From contig NW_024704742.1 in assembly GCF_018977255.1 (NCBI RefSeq), positions 25,050,001-25,114,000 on the forward strand: DNA of 64,000 nucleotides. The letters are read 5' to 3'. Below, piece by piece: positions 1 through 10,150 of this stretch (the first letter of the stretch is position 1; every line of letters begins with the position of its first letter). The notes under the pieces are model-generated. The model searched no databases and was not told the DNA's origin. It saw only the letters and a program-made list of their open reading frames with translations. The translations under genes and the position numbers were made by a program. This DNA comes from Callorhinchus milii (taxonomy: Eukaryota).

Positions 1-1140
1 ATGACTCATTTTTTTGGGGGGGGGGATTTGTTGGACAGATGGCAAATCAGAACCTGGTTAAAGCTACCATTGAAGGGAGATTTGCTGGTGGTCTCAGTAA
101 TGGCTTCAGGCAGATCTTGGCTTTAGATAGTTCTGAGCTTGGTTATAATTTCATGCCTTATGACTGTGACCATCTCTGTCAGAAACTGATCAAATCCAGG
201 CTTGAATACTGTTTGGGAAAGAGGGGATCATCTGGCAAGTCAAATTCCTGGAGATATTGCCCTGTGCCTATTATTTCTTCCTCTTATTTTGCCAAAAAAT
301 ATTTGAATGAAGTGAACACAAGAATTATATCGATGAAGGTTAGGACATCCATTTTTTTAAAAAATAAAAAGCTTTGCAGTAGGTATGTGCGTGCCTCTCA
401 TATCCTTGAACGAAAATCTGTGGTTTCTCCTCAAGCTAAATAGTTTCTATTAGTGAATACCCTTGAGTGCAAGTCTCGCGGGAGTGATGTCAGTAGGTAA
501 CAGAACTGACACCATTGGCTACTAATGTCTTGAAACGTAATCTGTTGCTTGGGGACAAGGTTGTAATAACATCCAGCCTGTGCTGGTGAGGTGAGTTGGA
601 TAGTGATTTGAGGTGTGGCATTGCTTAAAGCTCCTGCAATATCCCAAAATCCAATGCGTGGACAAGTACCTTGTCAGTGCATTTCATGATCTGATTGAAT
701 GCAGTAAACTCCTGATAATTCGACCGTGGCTTAACATGTCACTACCACTTAAGTCATTGTGGTATCAGTATCCCAGCCGCATTTATTTATGTATGCGTGA
801 TCAGACTCTGTAACTGTATGCCTAACTCTCTACGCATGATAACTCGTCTCTGAGTCACTTGGAGCGACGAGTTAATTGGAATTTACTGTAGTGGTACTGT
901 TTACAACGCCCCTGGCAATGAATGACTTATTAGCTTGGCAGACTAGCTATGTATTCTCACTTGAAGAAAGGGCTAAATTACTTAATAATATAATAATAAT
1001 CCTTGCATTTGATATAGTGCATAACCATGTCGTTGAGACATCTCAAAGCGCTTTAAGGAATATCCTGTAAAGTGGATTGACTGTGTATTTTGTGGCTGAA
1101 CTTTGTTCTATAATGGAGATATTTTACTGGTTGTTCTTAG

Positions 1141-1290
1141 AGCTGATCTCATGGACCCATCTGTCGAGTACAACATGAACCACAAAAGACGTGGACTCGC
1201 CTTAATCTTCAACTATGAGCACTTTTTCTGGTACCTTGGAATGCCCATGAGACGAGGCACGAATGCTGACAAAATGAATCTGGAAATCAG
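1141..1290 (+). CDS. CASP6: Caspase-6 coding exon (first seen in window, 150 bp, phase 2-2)
   Basis: Acceptor ttcttag|1141, donor 1290|gtttga. Encodes ADLMDPSVEYNMNHKRRGLALIFNYEHFFWYLGMPMRRGTNADKMNLEIR, matching the caspase-6-specific start of the large subunit (HxRRGxALIFN..FFW). Confidence 0.95.
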
Positions 1291-1404
1291 GTTTGAACGT
1301 TTTCCTTGTGCTGATGTCCTGGTCTTGTTCTAAGACATTTTGACGTGATCAGATGCTGTATCAAGTGCAATCGTCAATATGTTTTTTTTCATGTTTCACT
1401 TTAG

Positions 1405-1481
1405 ATTGGAAAATCTTGGTTTTGAAGTTCAGGCTTTTGATAACCTCAAAGCAGCAGAGGTTTTGGAGAAAATTCATCAAG
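1405..1481 (+). CDS. CASP6: Caspase-6 coding exon (77 bp)
   Basis: Acceptor ctttag|1405, donor 1481|gtaaca. Encodes LENLGFEVQAFDNLKAAEVLEKIHQ and is phase-compatible with both neighbours. Confidence 0.95.
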
Positions 1482-2273
1482 GTAACAGGCGAATATTCTT
1501 TTCATTAAATTCTGTTGTCCTTCAGTGGGTAGCGGATAGTCCGGTAAACCTGAGCACAGCTACAGTAACGCATTGCTTTCATTAACTTAGGTTTGGCAGG
1601 TAATTCTATATAAAGCTAAAGGCTATATAATATATATATATATTAGATCAGCTGCTGTAACTGGCCTGGTTTTCAGATGGTTATGAATGACAATGAAAGT
1701 GATTGTTGAAAAATGCTGTCTTATCAAATCCTCACATTAAGTGAAAATGTAACCCATTACAACATCCAGCACACAGGATAGAAAAATTAACGTTAACAAG
1801 CTTGTGAAAATAAGTACGCATTCTACTTAATTAAATACAAAACTACAATACAAAATTACATTTGTATAGCGCCTTTCATGTTGGGAGGACATCCCAAAGC
1901 GCTGTTTCCTTGTTGCCAAAAGAGCTGTTTCCTTGTTTCCAAACTTGACAGAGGCAATTGGGAATATAGTAATTATTGTTTGATATTCTGCATGATACTG
2001 ATTTTTTAAGCCGTGTTAATGAGGCTTAGCACCATTGGTGTTTTTGTGATATTTATAACCAGCCTATCGTACGGTATTTCTGCATTTGATTCATAACCTT
2101 GATGGTAATTTTTTGAAAAGCAAACTGAGTTCTCAGCCTGGAAAAGGTATGTTCAGAGGGAAGGGGTTGTATGCAAATGAGCCATAGGGAGTCAGTCCAT
2201 GGAGTAAAAGGTCAGGCAATTATGGAGTCGAGCACTGCACAAATCAAGACCTTCATCTCAGAAATGGAATTTA

Positions 2274-2584
2274 TAATAATAATATTAATAATCCTTGCAT
2301 TTGATATAGTGCTTTTCATGTCTTCTAGATGTCTCAAAGTGCTTCACAAAATATACTAGTGAATTGACTGTATATTTGCGGGCGAACATTGCAGCCAATT
2401 GCACACAGCAGTGACCCACAAACAGTCGTGGATTGAAGTAACCAATTTATTATGTTTTTTCTTGAGGGATTATTATCAGGCGTGTGAAGTAAGGAAACTT
2501 ACCCAAAATTTCGCCCTGCTGGGAATCGAACCCAGGTCTCTCGCTCACGAGGCGAGTGCTCTAATCACTGAGCTACAGGACTCC
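2274..2584 (-). mobile_element. tRNA-derived SINE with L2-like tail, adjacent to the head of an older Deu-type SINE (about 2586-2676)
   Basis: Reverse complement begins GGAGTCCTGTAGCTCAGTG (A box), has GGTTCGATTCC (B box) and ends in a (TAT)n tail. Confidence 0.85.
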
Positions 2585-2705
2585 ACTGACGTAGACTATA
2601 TGAGTTTAAAGTACCGACGTTAGGCTTGAATCCACAACCTTCTGCCTAGGAGACGAGAGTGTTACCAGGCTGACATCTGTCCATATTTTCTTGTTTCTTT
2701 CACAG

Positions 2706-2881
2706 TGGCCACCTCCGATCATTCTGATGTTGATTGTTTTCTGTGCGTCTTCCTCAGCCACGGGGAGAACAACCACATTTTTGCTTATGATGCAAAACTT
2801 GAAATCCAGGAAATGACCGCCTTGTTTAGAGGTGACAAATGCTCTTCGCTGGTCGGGAAACCTAAAATCTTTGTGATCCAG
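2706..2881 (+). CDS. CASP6: Caspase-6 coding exon with catalytic His (176 bp)
   Basis: Acceptor tttcacag|2706, donor 2881|gtaaag. Encodes [29 protein letters not shown]...[11 protein letters not shown] (SHG and GKPK motifs). Confidence 0.97.
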
Positions 2882-4413
2882 GTAAAGTCAAAAGCCACAT
2901 GCTCTGTTTAACTCTGGAACACTCTGCAGGTCGCACCTGAAGAAGTTCCTCTTCAAGTTCATGGTACCCACCGCCCAGCTCAACATTGTGCTCTGCCACT
3001 GTCGAGCACTCTGGGACACTATCCTGCATGAGGGGCGCTATATAAATGCAAATTGTTGTTTGCAGTTTTTTTTTACCACCTGATGGTCAATTGGCCCAAT
3101 CCAGATCTCTGCAGCCCATGTCCTCTCTCGCACCAAGCTCCACGAGTCTTATCGCTCCATCCCCTAGTAGATTGAATTGAAAATCCTCTTCCTTGCGTTC
3201 AAATCCCTCCACAGAGTGAGGCACAGTTACAGTGAGTGGGAGAAATGTGAAAAATAGTAACTCATTTAAATGCAATGATTCGGTTGTCTACTTAACAGTA
3301 TGAACCATCTAATGCAGTGTTGTCCAATAGAAATCACTGATTAGTCACAGCGACTATGTTTTAGACACATGCATTAGTAGAAAACACCTTATGTACACTC
3401 ACACAATCCAAGTGAATGTACTTCACATGGATATTTACATGTATATTTACTTAACAGTTAACATCTGCTTAGTAAACCTATTTTTTTTTCGTGAGACCCA
3501 TCGATCCAGAATTTTCACCAATAAGCAGTAACCAAGGAAATAAAACACACAAGACTTGCACACACTTGTTTTTGTCTTACCAGTGCACAAAAAATGTCAA
3601 AGTATACATGCATATGTTGTGTGAATATGAGTATTGAGATTGTATGCCTAACGATAGTGTCTATTACTCATTTTATATTTACTAATCAACCCATACATCA
3701 TTTTTTCAAACTCACCCTAACATGTTAACGTTCACACCAGCTGCACCTTTCACTCCTGTTGCAAAACAAATTTATGGTTAATACAAATATGGCTCTAATG
3801 GTAACATTCTTGCCAACATGTCAGAAGGTTGTGGGTTTCAAGCCCCATTTTGGAACATGAGCTTATAATCTATGGGGCTGACACATTTAGTATAACACTG
3901 GACATTCAGTTGTAAGGTTAAATTAAGGTCCCGTTTTCCTCTTCATTTGGATTATCCCATAACACTGTTTGAAAAGGGGAGTTTCTCCTGCGGCCCTAAT
4001 CAGGAATCATCTAGCTTAATTAGTCATTTACATTATGTTGTGGATATTGGTGGGAGCTTCCTATGTGCAAATGGCTGCCTTGTTTGCCTATAAACAGTCA
4101 CTACACTTGACAGTGATTACAAGATTCCTTCTAATAACCCTGGCATTTGCTGGTTCCACATTTATCACATTGTCAAGATGCCTCAAAGCACTGCAGGATT
4201 TTACTGTCATGTATAATGATGACTGTGTATTTGTAGGTGAACTCAGGTGAATTGTAGATGAATTTAAGCACCTTGAGACGTCCCCCCGACGTGAAAGGCG
4301 CTGTACAAATGTAATTTTGTTGTTGTTGTTGAATTGCCTATGAAACATGCTTGGACATGGTAAGATGCTATCAAAACACATGTTCTTTCCAATCCGCTTA
4401 TTGATGTCTGCAG

Positions 4414-4573
4414 GCATGTCGGGGAGACAAACACGACGAGCCCGTGAAACCCAGGGATGAAGTTGACACTTTGGAAAAGAAGGCTATGGTGAATGAGCTG
4501 GTTACAGACGCAGGAGCAGTGTATACGTTACCCGCTGGCGCCGATTTCATCATGTGCTACTCAGTGGCTGAAG
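4414..4573 (+). CDS. CASP6: Caspase-6 coding exon with catalytic Cys and intersubunit linker (160 bp); absent from the ORF track
   Basis: Acceptor tctgcag|4414, donor 4573|gtaatc. Encodes [53 protein letters not shown] and completes QACRG across the splice junction. Confidence 0.97.
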
Positions 4574-5850
4574 GTAATCTATCTTCTTCTTTATACTAAT
4601 AAAACAACAATGTCTGTCTGCACTTTAAGAAGGATCTCAATAACTGATTGACATAAAGACATGATTTATATTTCATCGGAAAGGTCTTGCAACTGAGAGT
4701 GACATGGGCATATTTGTTTTCAAGCATCTCCCATCATTCATGAGTTATTTTCATTTTTGCATTTTTCGCTCCAGTTACACCTGGTGGCCGCTGAGTCGAA
4801 GTGGTGCTGTGGTATCCTGTGTCACAGAGCACCTATGTATGTACACATGCACTGCAATTACACCTAGTGGCCGGCGCTGTGGTATCCTGCGTCACAGAGT
4901 GCGCACGTAGCCAAGTGGCAGGAACAAAATAAAGAACACAAACAAAGCTAAGCAACAACAAAATTACATTTTAAAGTGCCGAATCCTCCCAATGAGTCCC
5001 ACCAAAAGGACTCCGTCCACAGGAATCCTCCCAGATGAGTACAGATAATGATGAAATATCTGTCTGTGTGTCTGTCTGTGTGTCAATCTACATTCCATAT
5101 TGGGTCCTTTGGTTGTAAGCGAAGCTGCAACAGGTACAGCTCGTAAAGATAATCCAGATTAGGCAAAGTTAGCACGGAGTCATGCACCCAGAACTTGATT
5201 TGTTCCTCCTCAACATGCAGATAGGAACATTTGTCATTCCTCATACAGTGGGGAGAGGCAAGGAAGTCACACAGGAACACTGTGGGTTAAAATGTTCTTC
5301 ATAATACGCTGCAAATAGTGACTCCTGCACATTGCCCTGTGGGAACTCCACTCCTGAAGAAGGTAGTTTGATGTCACAGATTGGTGGCATTTGGTACTGA
5401 GAGTCTATCACACGAATGTTGAGCTTCAGGTACTTTCTGTGAGATTTCCTGATCTACATGTGAAAGCATGTGCTTTGATGATCAACTGCGTCAAGTTCTT
5501 CAATTCTGCTATCTGAGTCATTTGCAGGAGGGCAACCCAAGTTTAAAAGCTTAGAGGTTAGGACTGACTGGGAACACAGGCCATGGCAAATCCTTCATTT
5601 TCCAATGAATAGCCTTTGTCCATTGTGTAAAAGTAATTGCATGTTTGGCATGATTCTGCAGTAGAAATCTCTTTGTCTCAACCCAAGGCTAATCCATAGG
5701 GACATGGGTCAGAATCAATATTTAGTATGTGCAATAAAACAAATGTTACTTCCAGATATAAGCATAAAAAGACCCAACAAGTGCTCCAATCAAAATGAAT
5801 TGATGTGCCAATTGAAGCCACAATTCACTCACGTATTTACTATCTTTGGG

Positions 5851-6812
5851 TGTCAGCCTGGTTTAGTTTGTAGTAATCTCACTTCTGAGTTGGAAGGTTG
5901 TGGGTTTGGAAATTGCATCCCATGTAGTCTAAAATGACACTTAGAAGAGGCGATAAACCGAGGCCCTGTCTTCCTGTTCAGGTGAATGGTAAAGATCCCA
6001 TGGCATTATTCGAAAAGAGAACAGAATATCTCCCAGTGTCCTGGTCAAGAGTCCCCCAAATAAAATTGACGATTCACTTCATGGCTGTTTGTCCACATTG
6101 CTGTGCATTATTGGCTGTAACGCCTTCATTACTTCGAGGCTCGACTATGCAAACTCGCTGCTTGTCGGCCTCCCCAACTCCTCCCTCCACAGGCTGCAGA
6201 TCATCCAGAACTCTGCAGCCCATGTCCTCTCCCGCACTAGGCTCTGCAACCCTATCACCCCAATCCTCGCCCAACTCCACTGGCTTCCCATCACACAGAG
6301 GATACAGTTCAAGATCCTGGTCCTCACCTTCAAAGCCCTCCACGGTCTTGCTCCCCACTACCTCTCCGACCGCCTAACCCCCTACCACCCTATTTGCTCC
6401 CTCTGCTCAGCGGGCTCTGGCCTGCTTCACATCCCCCGCCTCACTCGCCCCACCATCGTCGGGCAGGCCTTCCTCCACTGCACCCACCCTATGGAACTCC
6501 ATCCCACAGTCCCTCCATCTCGCCCCCTCCCTCACCACCTTCAAGACCCACCTCAAGACCCTCCTCTTCAACCGTGCTTTCGATTCCCCCCCCCGGCCCT
6601 CCACCCTCCCATACCCCAACCCTCAGCTCGGGTCCGTAAATCTGTCTGTCCAGCACCTTGGGACGTCCTCCTGACATGAAAGGCGCTTTACAAATGTAAT
6701 TTTGTTGTTTGTTTTGTAAGATTTACCTACAAATACAGTCTCTCCCCTTTACAGCGTATCCTGAAAAGTGCTTTGGGACGTGAAAGGCGCTATACAAAAT
6801 GTAATATTATTG
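5851..6812 (+). mobile_element. Deu-domain SINE (AmnSINE1/SacSINE1-like) interrupted by an L2 insertion
   Basis: Head tgtcagcctgg..., Deu-like core taaaccgaggccctgtc..caggtg..taaagatcccatggca. The SINE tail resumes at about 6716. Confidence 0.75.
6120..6715 (+). mobile_element. 5'-truncated L2 LINE (ORF2 C-terminus plus 3' tail)
   Basis: Encodes AFITSRLDYANSLL..LQIIQNSAA..LHWLPI..RIQFKIL, typical of the L2 C-terminus. Ends in a (TTG)n tail with a TGTAA target-site duplication. Confidence 0.9.
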
Positions 6813-6850
6813 TGCATAAATTGTAAATGCTACTGATAATAATCCTTGCT

Positions 6851-6985
6851 AAACGCAAAATACTGCAGATGCTGGAAATCTGAAACAAAAACAGAAGTCG
6901 CTGGGAACACTCAGCAGGTCAGGCAGCATCTATGGAGAGAGGAAAATGAATCAACGTTTCGGGTCCACGACCCTTCGTCAGAACG
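6851..6985 (-). mobile_element. Penelope-like element terminal fragment with hammerhead core
   Basis: actgcagatgctggaaatctgaaacaaaaacagaa..ctcagcaggtcaggcagcatc, recognised as a shark-type Penelope-like end. The minus strand has CTGACGA..GAAA. Shorter related pieces lie at about 12672-12732 and 18590-18650. Confidence 0.65.
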
Positions 6986-7504
6986 TTAGTAAGAAATTGC
7001 TTAGACGCCAATGCACTTACTTTCCTTTCTCCTGAATGTTCCCAGCGACTTCTGTTAATAATAATCCTTGCATTTGATATAGTGCTGTATCACGTTTTTG
7101 AGATGTCTCAAAGTGCTTCACAGGATATACTGTAAAATGGATTGACTGTATTTTGTGGGTGAAACGTGACAGCCAATTGTGCACAGCAGTGTCCCACAAA
7201 TAGTTGTGGATTGAGTGACCAAATTATTAATATTTAGTTTATAAATAAAGTGAATTTGGTAGGTGTAAAACAAACGTGTCTGTTGCTTGGTTATGATGGA
7301 TGCAAAAGCTTTGATTGTGTTGATCTTGTACACGTAGGTTACAAACTTCAACATCCCCAGCTCAGTATACATTTCATGTGTAATATGTATCACCTCCTAA
7401 CCTCAGGTACGTGGAGAAGGTAGTGACCACAAGGGGGAGCTATGAGTTACATTTTATTCGACCTCTCACATATTGAAGGCTTCTTATTGGTTTTCTGCCC
7501 ACAG

Positions 7505-7743
7505 GTTTCTACTCTCATCGGGAAACTGTGAACGGCTCCTGGTACATTCAGGATCTGTGTAACTTGCTTAAAGAATACGGTTCAAAACTAGAATTCACAG
7601 AGATTCTGACCCTGGTGAACAGGAAGGTTTCGCAGCGCAGTGTAGAAAACTGCTTGGATGCCAATGCACTCGGGAAGAAACAAGTCCCCTGTTTCGCCTC
7701 TATGTTGACCAAGAAACTCTATTTCAGACCAAAGTCTTCATAG
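7505..7743 (+). CDS. CASP6: Caspase-6 last coding exon (239 bp including TAG)
   Basis: Acceptor cccacag|7505. Encodes [18 protein letters not shown]...[17 protein letters not shown]...[22 protein letters not shown], the caspase-6 small subunit. Confidence 0.97.
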
Positions 7744-7846
7744 ACACCTACACCCAGTCAGGGTTGGGTTGTGTTCTGCACAACAGTCTGTTTTAGTGTC
7801 TTGGCAGGACTCCATTAGGAAAGAAAAAGGATTAGAACTAGAGATA

Positions 7847-8336
7847 CAGTAAAACTTGCATAAGTCTTATCTTTATAAATCTCCTAAGTCATACACCCAA
7901 GTCCTACTCAGTTTCCTACAAAAAATGACTTAGATTTTTTGCACTAGTCGTATTTTATAAATTGGATAAACGTCTAAATCATAATGGTTTCTTGGTTTTT
8001 ATAATCCTAAATCCTATGCAAATCATCTCCAAACCAGTAACATTGCTATCTCACTTACTGGCTGCATGGAAATATGCCTGTGCAGTGTTTCGCTTGAAAC
8101 ACGCGCGGGAAACAAAGTCTTGACCCATCACCGCATGTGCACTTACCAGCTGCGGTGATGAAGTACTGCATGTGCAGTACACCACAGTGCCCTCCGTTGA
8201 AACAAACGCGGTACTTGTTTTCTGTGATGTGTTAGTCGTATAAAATCCGACTTACAGTTTGCCTGTAACTCATACTTCGCATCAGTCATATCAAATATTG
8301 TGCTCCCAACTGATACGACTTATGTGAATTTTACTG
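7847..8336. mobile_element. Tc1/mariner-type (Tigger/pogo-like) MITE in the CASP6 3' UTR
   Basis: TA|CAGTAAAACTTGCATAAGTC ... GACTTATGTGAATTTTACTG|TA: imperfect TIRs with TA on both sides. Homologous copies occur elsewhere in the window. Confidence 0.8.
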
Positions 8337-9626
8337 TACAGTATGAATAGGAATGTAACCTTTTGAGCACCATGGCAGCATTTCTTCTTTCAGAAGGGAC
8401 CGGTTAAAGTATAATTGCGCTGAAGATGAGCAGAGGACGGAAAATAAAGGCTTCCACCAAAAATATATTTTTGCCCACAATCTTACGAGATTTGCAAGAA
8501 ACAAATTGAGGTCTAATAAGGACATGCAAGAAGAACTCTCGAGTTTACCCAGCTTATGTGAGAAGGTAGTTCAGGCTCCAGCTGAATTAGGTTGAATTAA
8601 AACTAAACTGATGACTATAATGCTATGCTATGGTGACTCATTTTAATCAGGTTTCAGGGTGCTTGCAGGGCTGCCTGCTTAGTTTACAGCCTCTCAGATG
8701 CTAAGTCCCCTGGAGTTTCACATTATTGATTTTTTTAATATGATTGGGTGAAGGAACTTTTTGTTTGACAAATAAACTTTTTTGTAAGCTTTTTGTAAAA
8801 TAATCCTAGTGCTCACAGACCTGAGACAAAATTGGATGTGTGAATGAAACAAATGAATGTTCATTTTCTTTTCAGTGTGAGATTAAAGATTTTTAAACAT
8901 TTCTTTTTTTAAAAAGGGAACTTTTACATCTGGAATGTCTAAATCTAGGACTGTTTACTTCTCATGCCCTGTATGTGTTGATTTTCTCTGGGGTATCATG
9001 GGTTATGGCAGCTTTTCAGATACCTCATGCAAATAGTCATTCTATACTGTGAGTTTCCATTTGACCAGGAAAGGACAAACAAACTTGACCCTATCCTCAC
9101 CTATGACCAAAATCTTTCATATTCGTATACTTAAGACCATTTAAGATCATGCAAGATTTGGAAAACCGTCTGGAATTCAGTCTTAATTAGGAAGCCATTT
9201 TTCCAGTTTTTGAGATCTGTGGACAATCTTTGTTTTCAATATTACGTATTGATCTTAAAAGTTTAAGATGTAACGATTAGCCTCCCAATACACTTTCAAG
9301 AAAAGATCATTGGCTAGTGATTAGGAGCAGGAATACCTGCTGATCTTTCTCCTACCCATCTTTAGGAACAAACGGGGCAAAAATGTAGCAAGTCGAGTGC
9401 CTTATGTTTAAGCACGTCCGTGAGTTTCACACCAGAAAATCTTCAGGGAAAAAAATCCCCTTTGCTTTAGTCTAATCATGTGTTATTTGAATTGCAAATT
9501 GTATAAAAGGTTGGATCATGATTTTGATATGTAGTGTGTGTTTGTCATCTCTGTGGTTCGGACATATTAGAAGTACTATACTCCCTTTCTTAGCATTTGT
9601 TCAATTTGTCTTGTCTCAAAATACTG

Positions 9627-9668
9627 AATAAAAACCATTGAATAAACATGGTTTGTGTTTTTATTAAA
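9627..9668 (+). terminator. Candidate CASP6 polyadenylation signal cluster
   Basis: AATAAA at 9627 and 9641, ATTAAA at 9663, with a GT-rich tract (gtttgtgttttt) after the second. Weaker single AATAAA at 8443 and 8771. Confidence 0.5.
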
Positions 9669-9829
9669 GACTGTTTATAGTACTTAAGTTAAACGCAACA
9701 AGGCACTTAGGTAGTTGCTGGGACACAAGGGAACTACCCCAGTCTTACTGGGCGCTGTCGGCCCAACTGAGCCAATATTTATTTTTTAACAAAATTACAG
9801 TGAAGCATAGAGCAACTCAAATAATCCCC

Positions 9830-10150
9830 TAGTATTAGAGGAATGAGCTTTGAGCAGCAATTAGGCAAGCTAGGAATCTTCAGTTTTGAAAAGGCACATG
9901 TCAGAGGACACTTTATGGAAGCATACAAGATTTTAAATGGGATTGATAAGGTACTCCGTTGTAGTACGTTCGAATCAACTGAGACAGCAGGACAAGAGGA
10001 CACAGGTTTTAAGAGTTGCAAAGGGCAATTTCAAAAAAGATACTGGGAAGTATTTACCCAGAGGGTAATTTAACTGGAACAGGTTTCCAGGAAGGGGTGG
10101 TTGTGGCCAGGACACATTTTAAAAACCCCCCAGCTTGATGCTATGAACAA
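9830..10150 (+). mobile_element. Degraded CR1 LINE 3' fragment
   Basis: Translates to LGIFSFEK..RGHFMEAYKILNGIDKV..FTQRVI, the CR1 ORF2 C-terminus. Confidence 0.75.

Noticed and set aside
39..443. 134-aa ORF at the window start as a possible CASP6 5' exon or separate gene
   Set aside because: No caspase prodomain similarity, no recognisable domain and no convincing splice pair. The missing CASP6 N-terminal exons were not located.
5040..5530. Coding-looking stretch on the minus strand within a CASP6 intron
   Set aside because: Frames contain stops and I recognise no motif; possibly a decayed transposon, but unsupported without a search.
8150..8200. TGATGA followed by a hairpin as a second hammerhead or C/D box
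   Set aside because: No GAAA box after the stem and no matching D box or terminal stem; treated as MITE internal structure.
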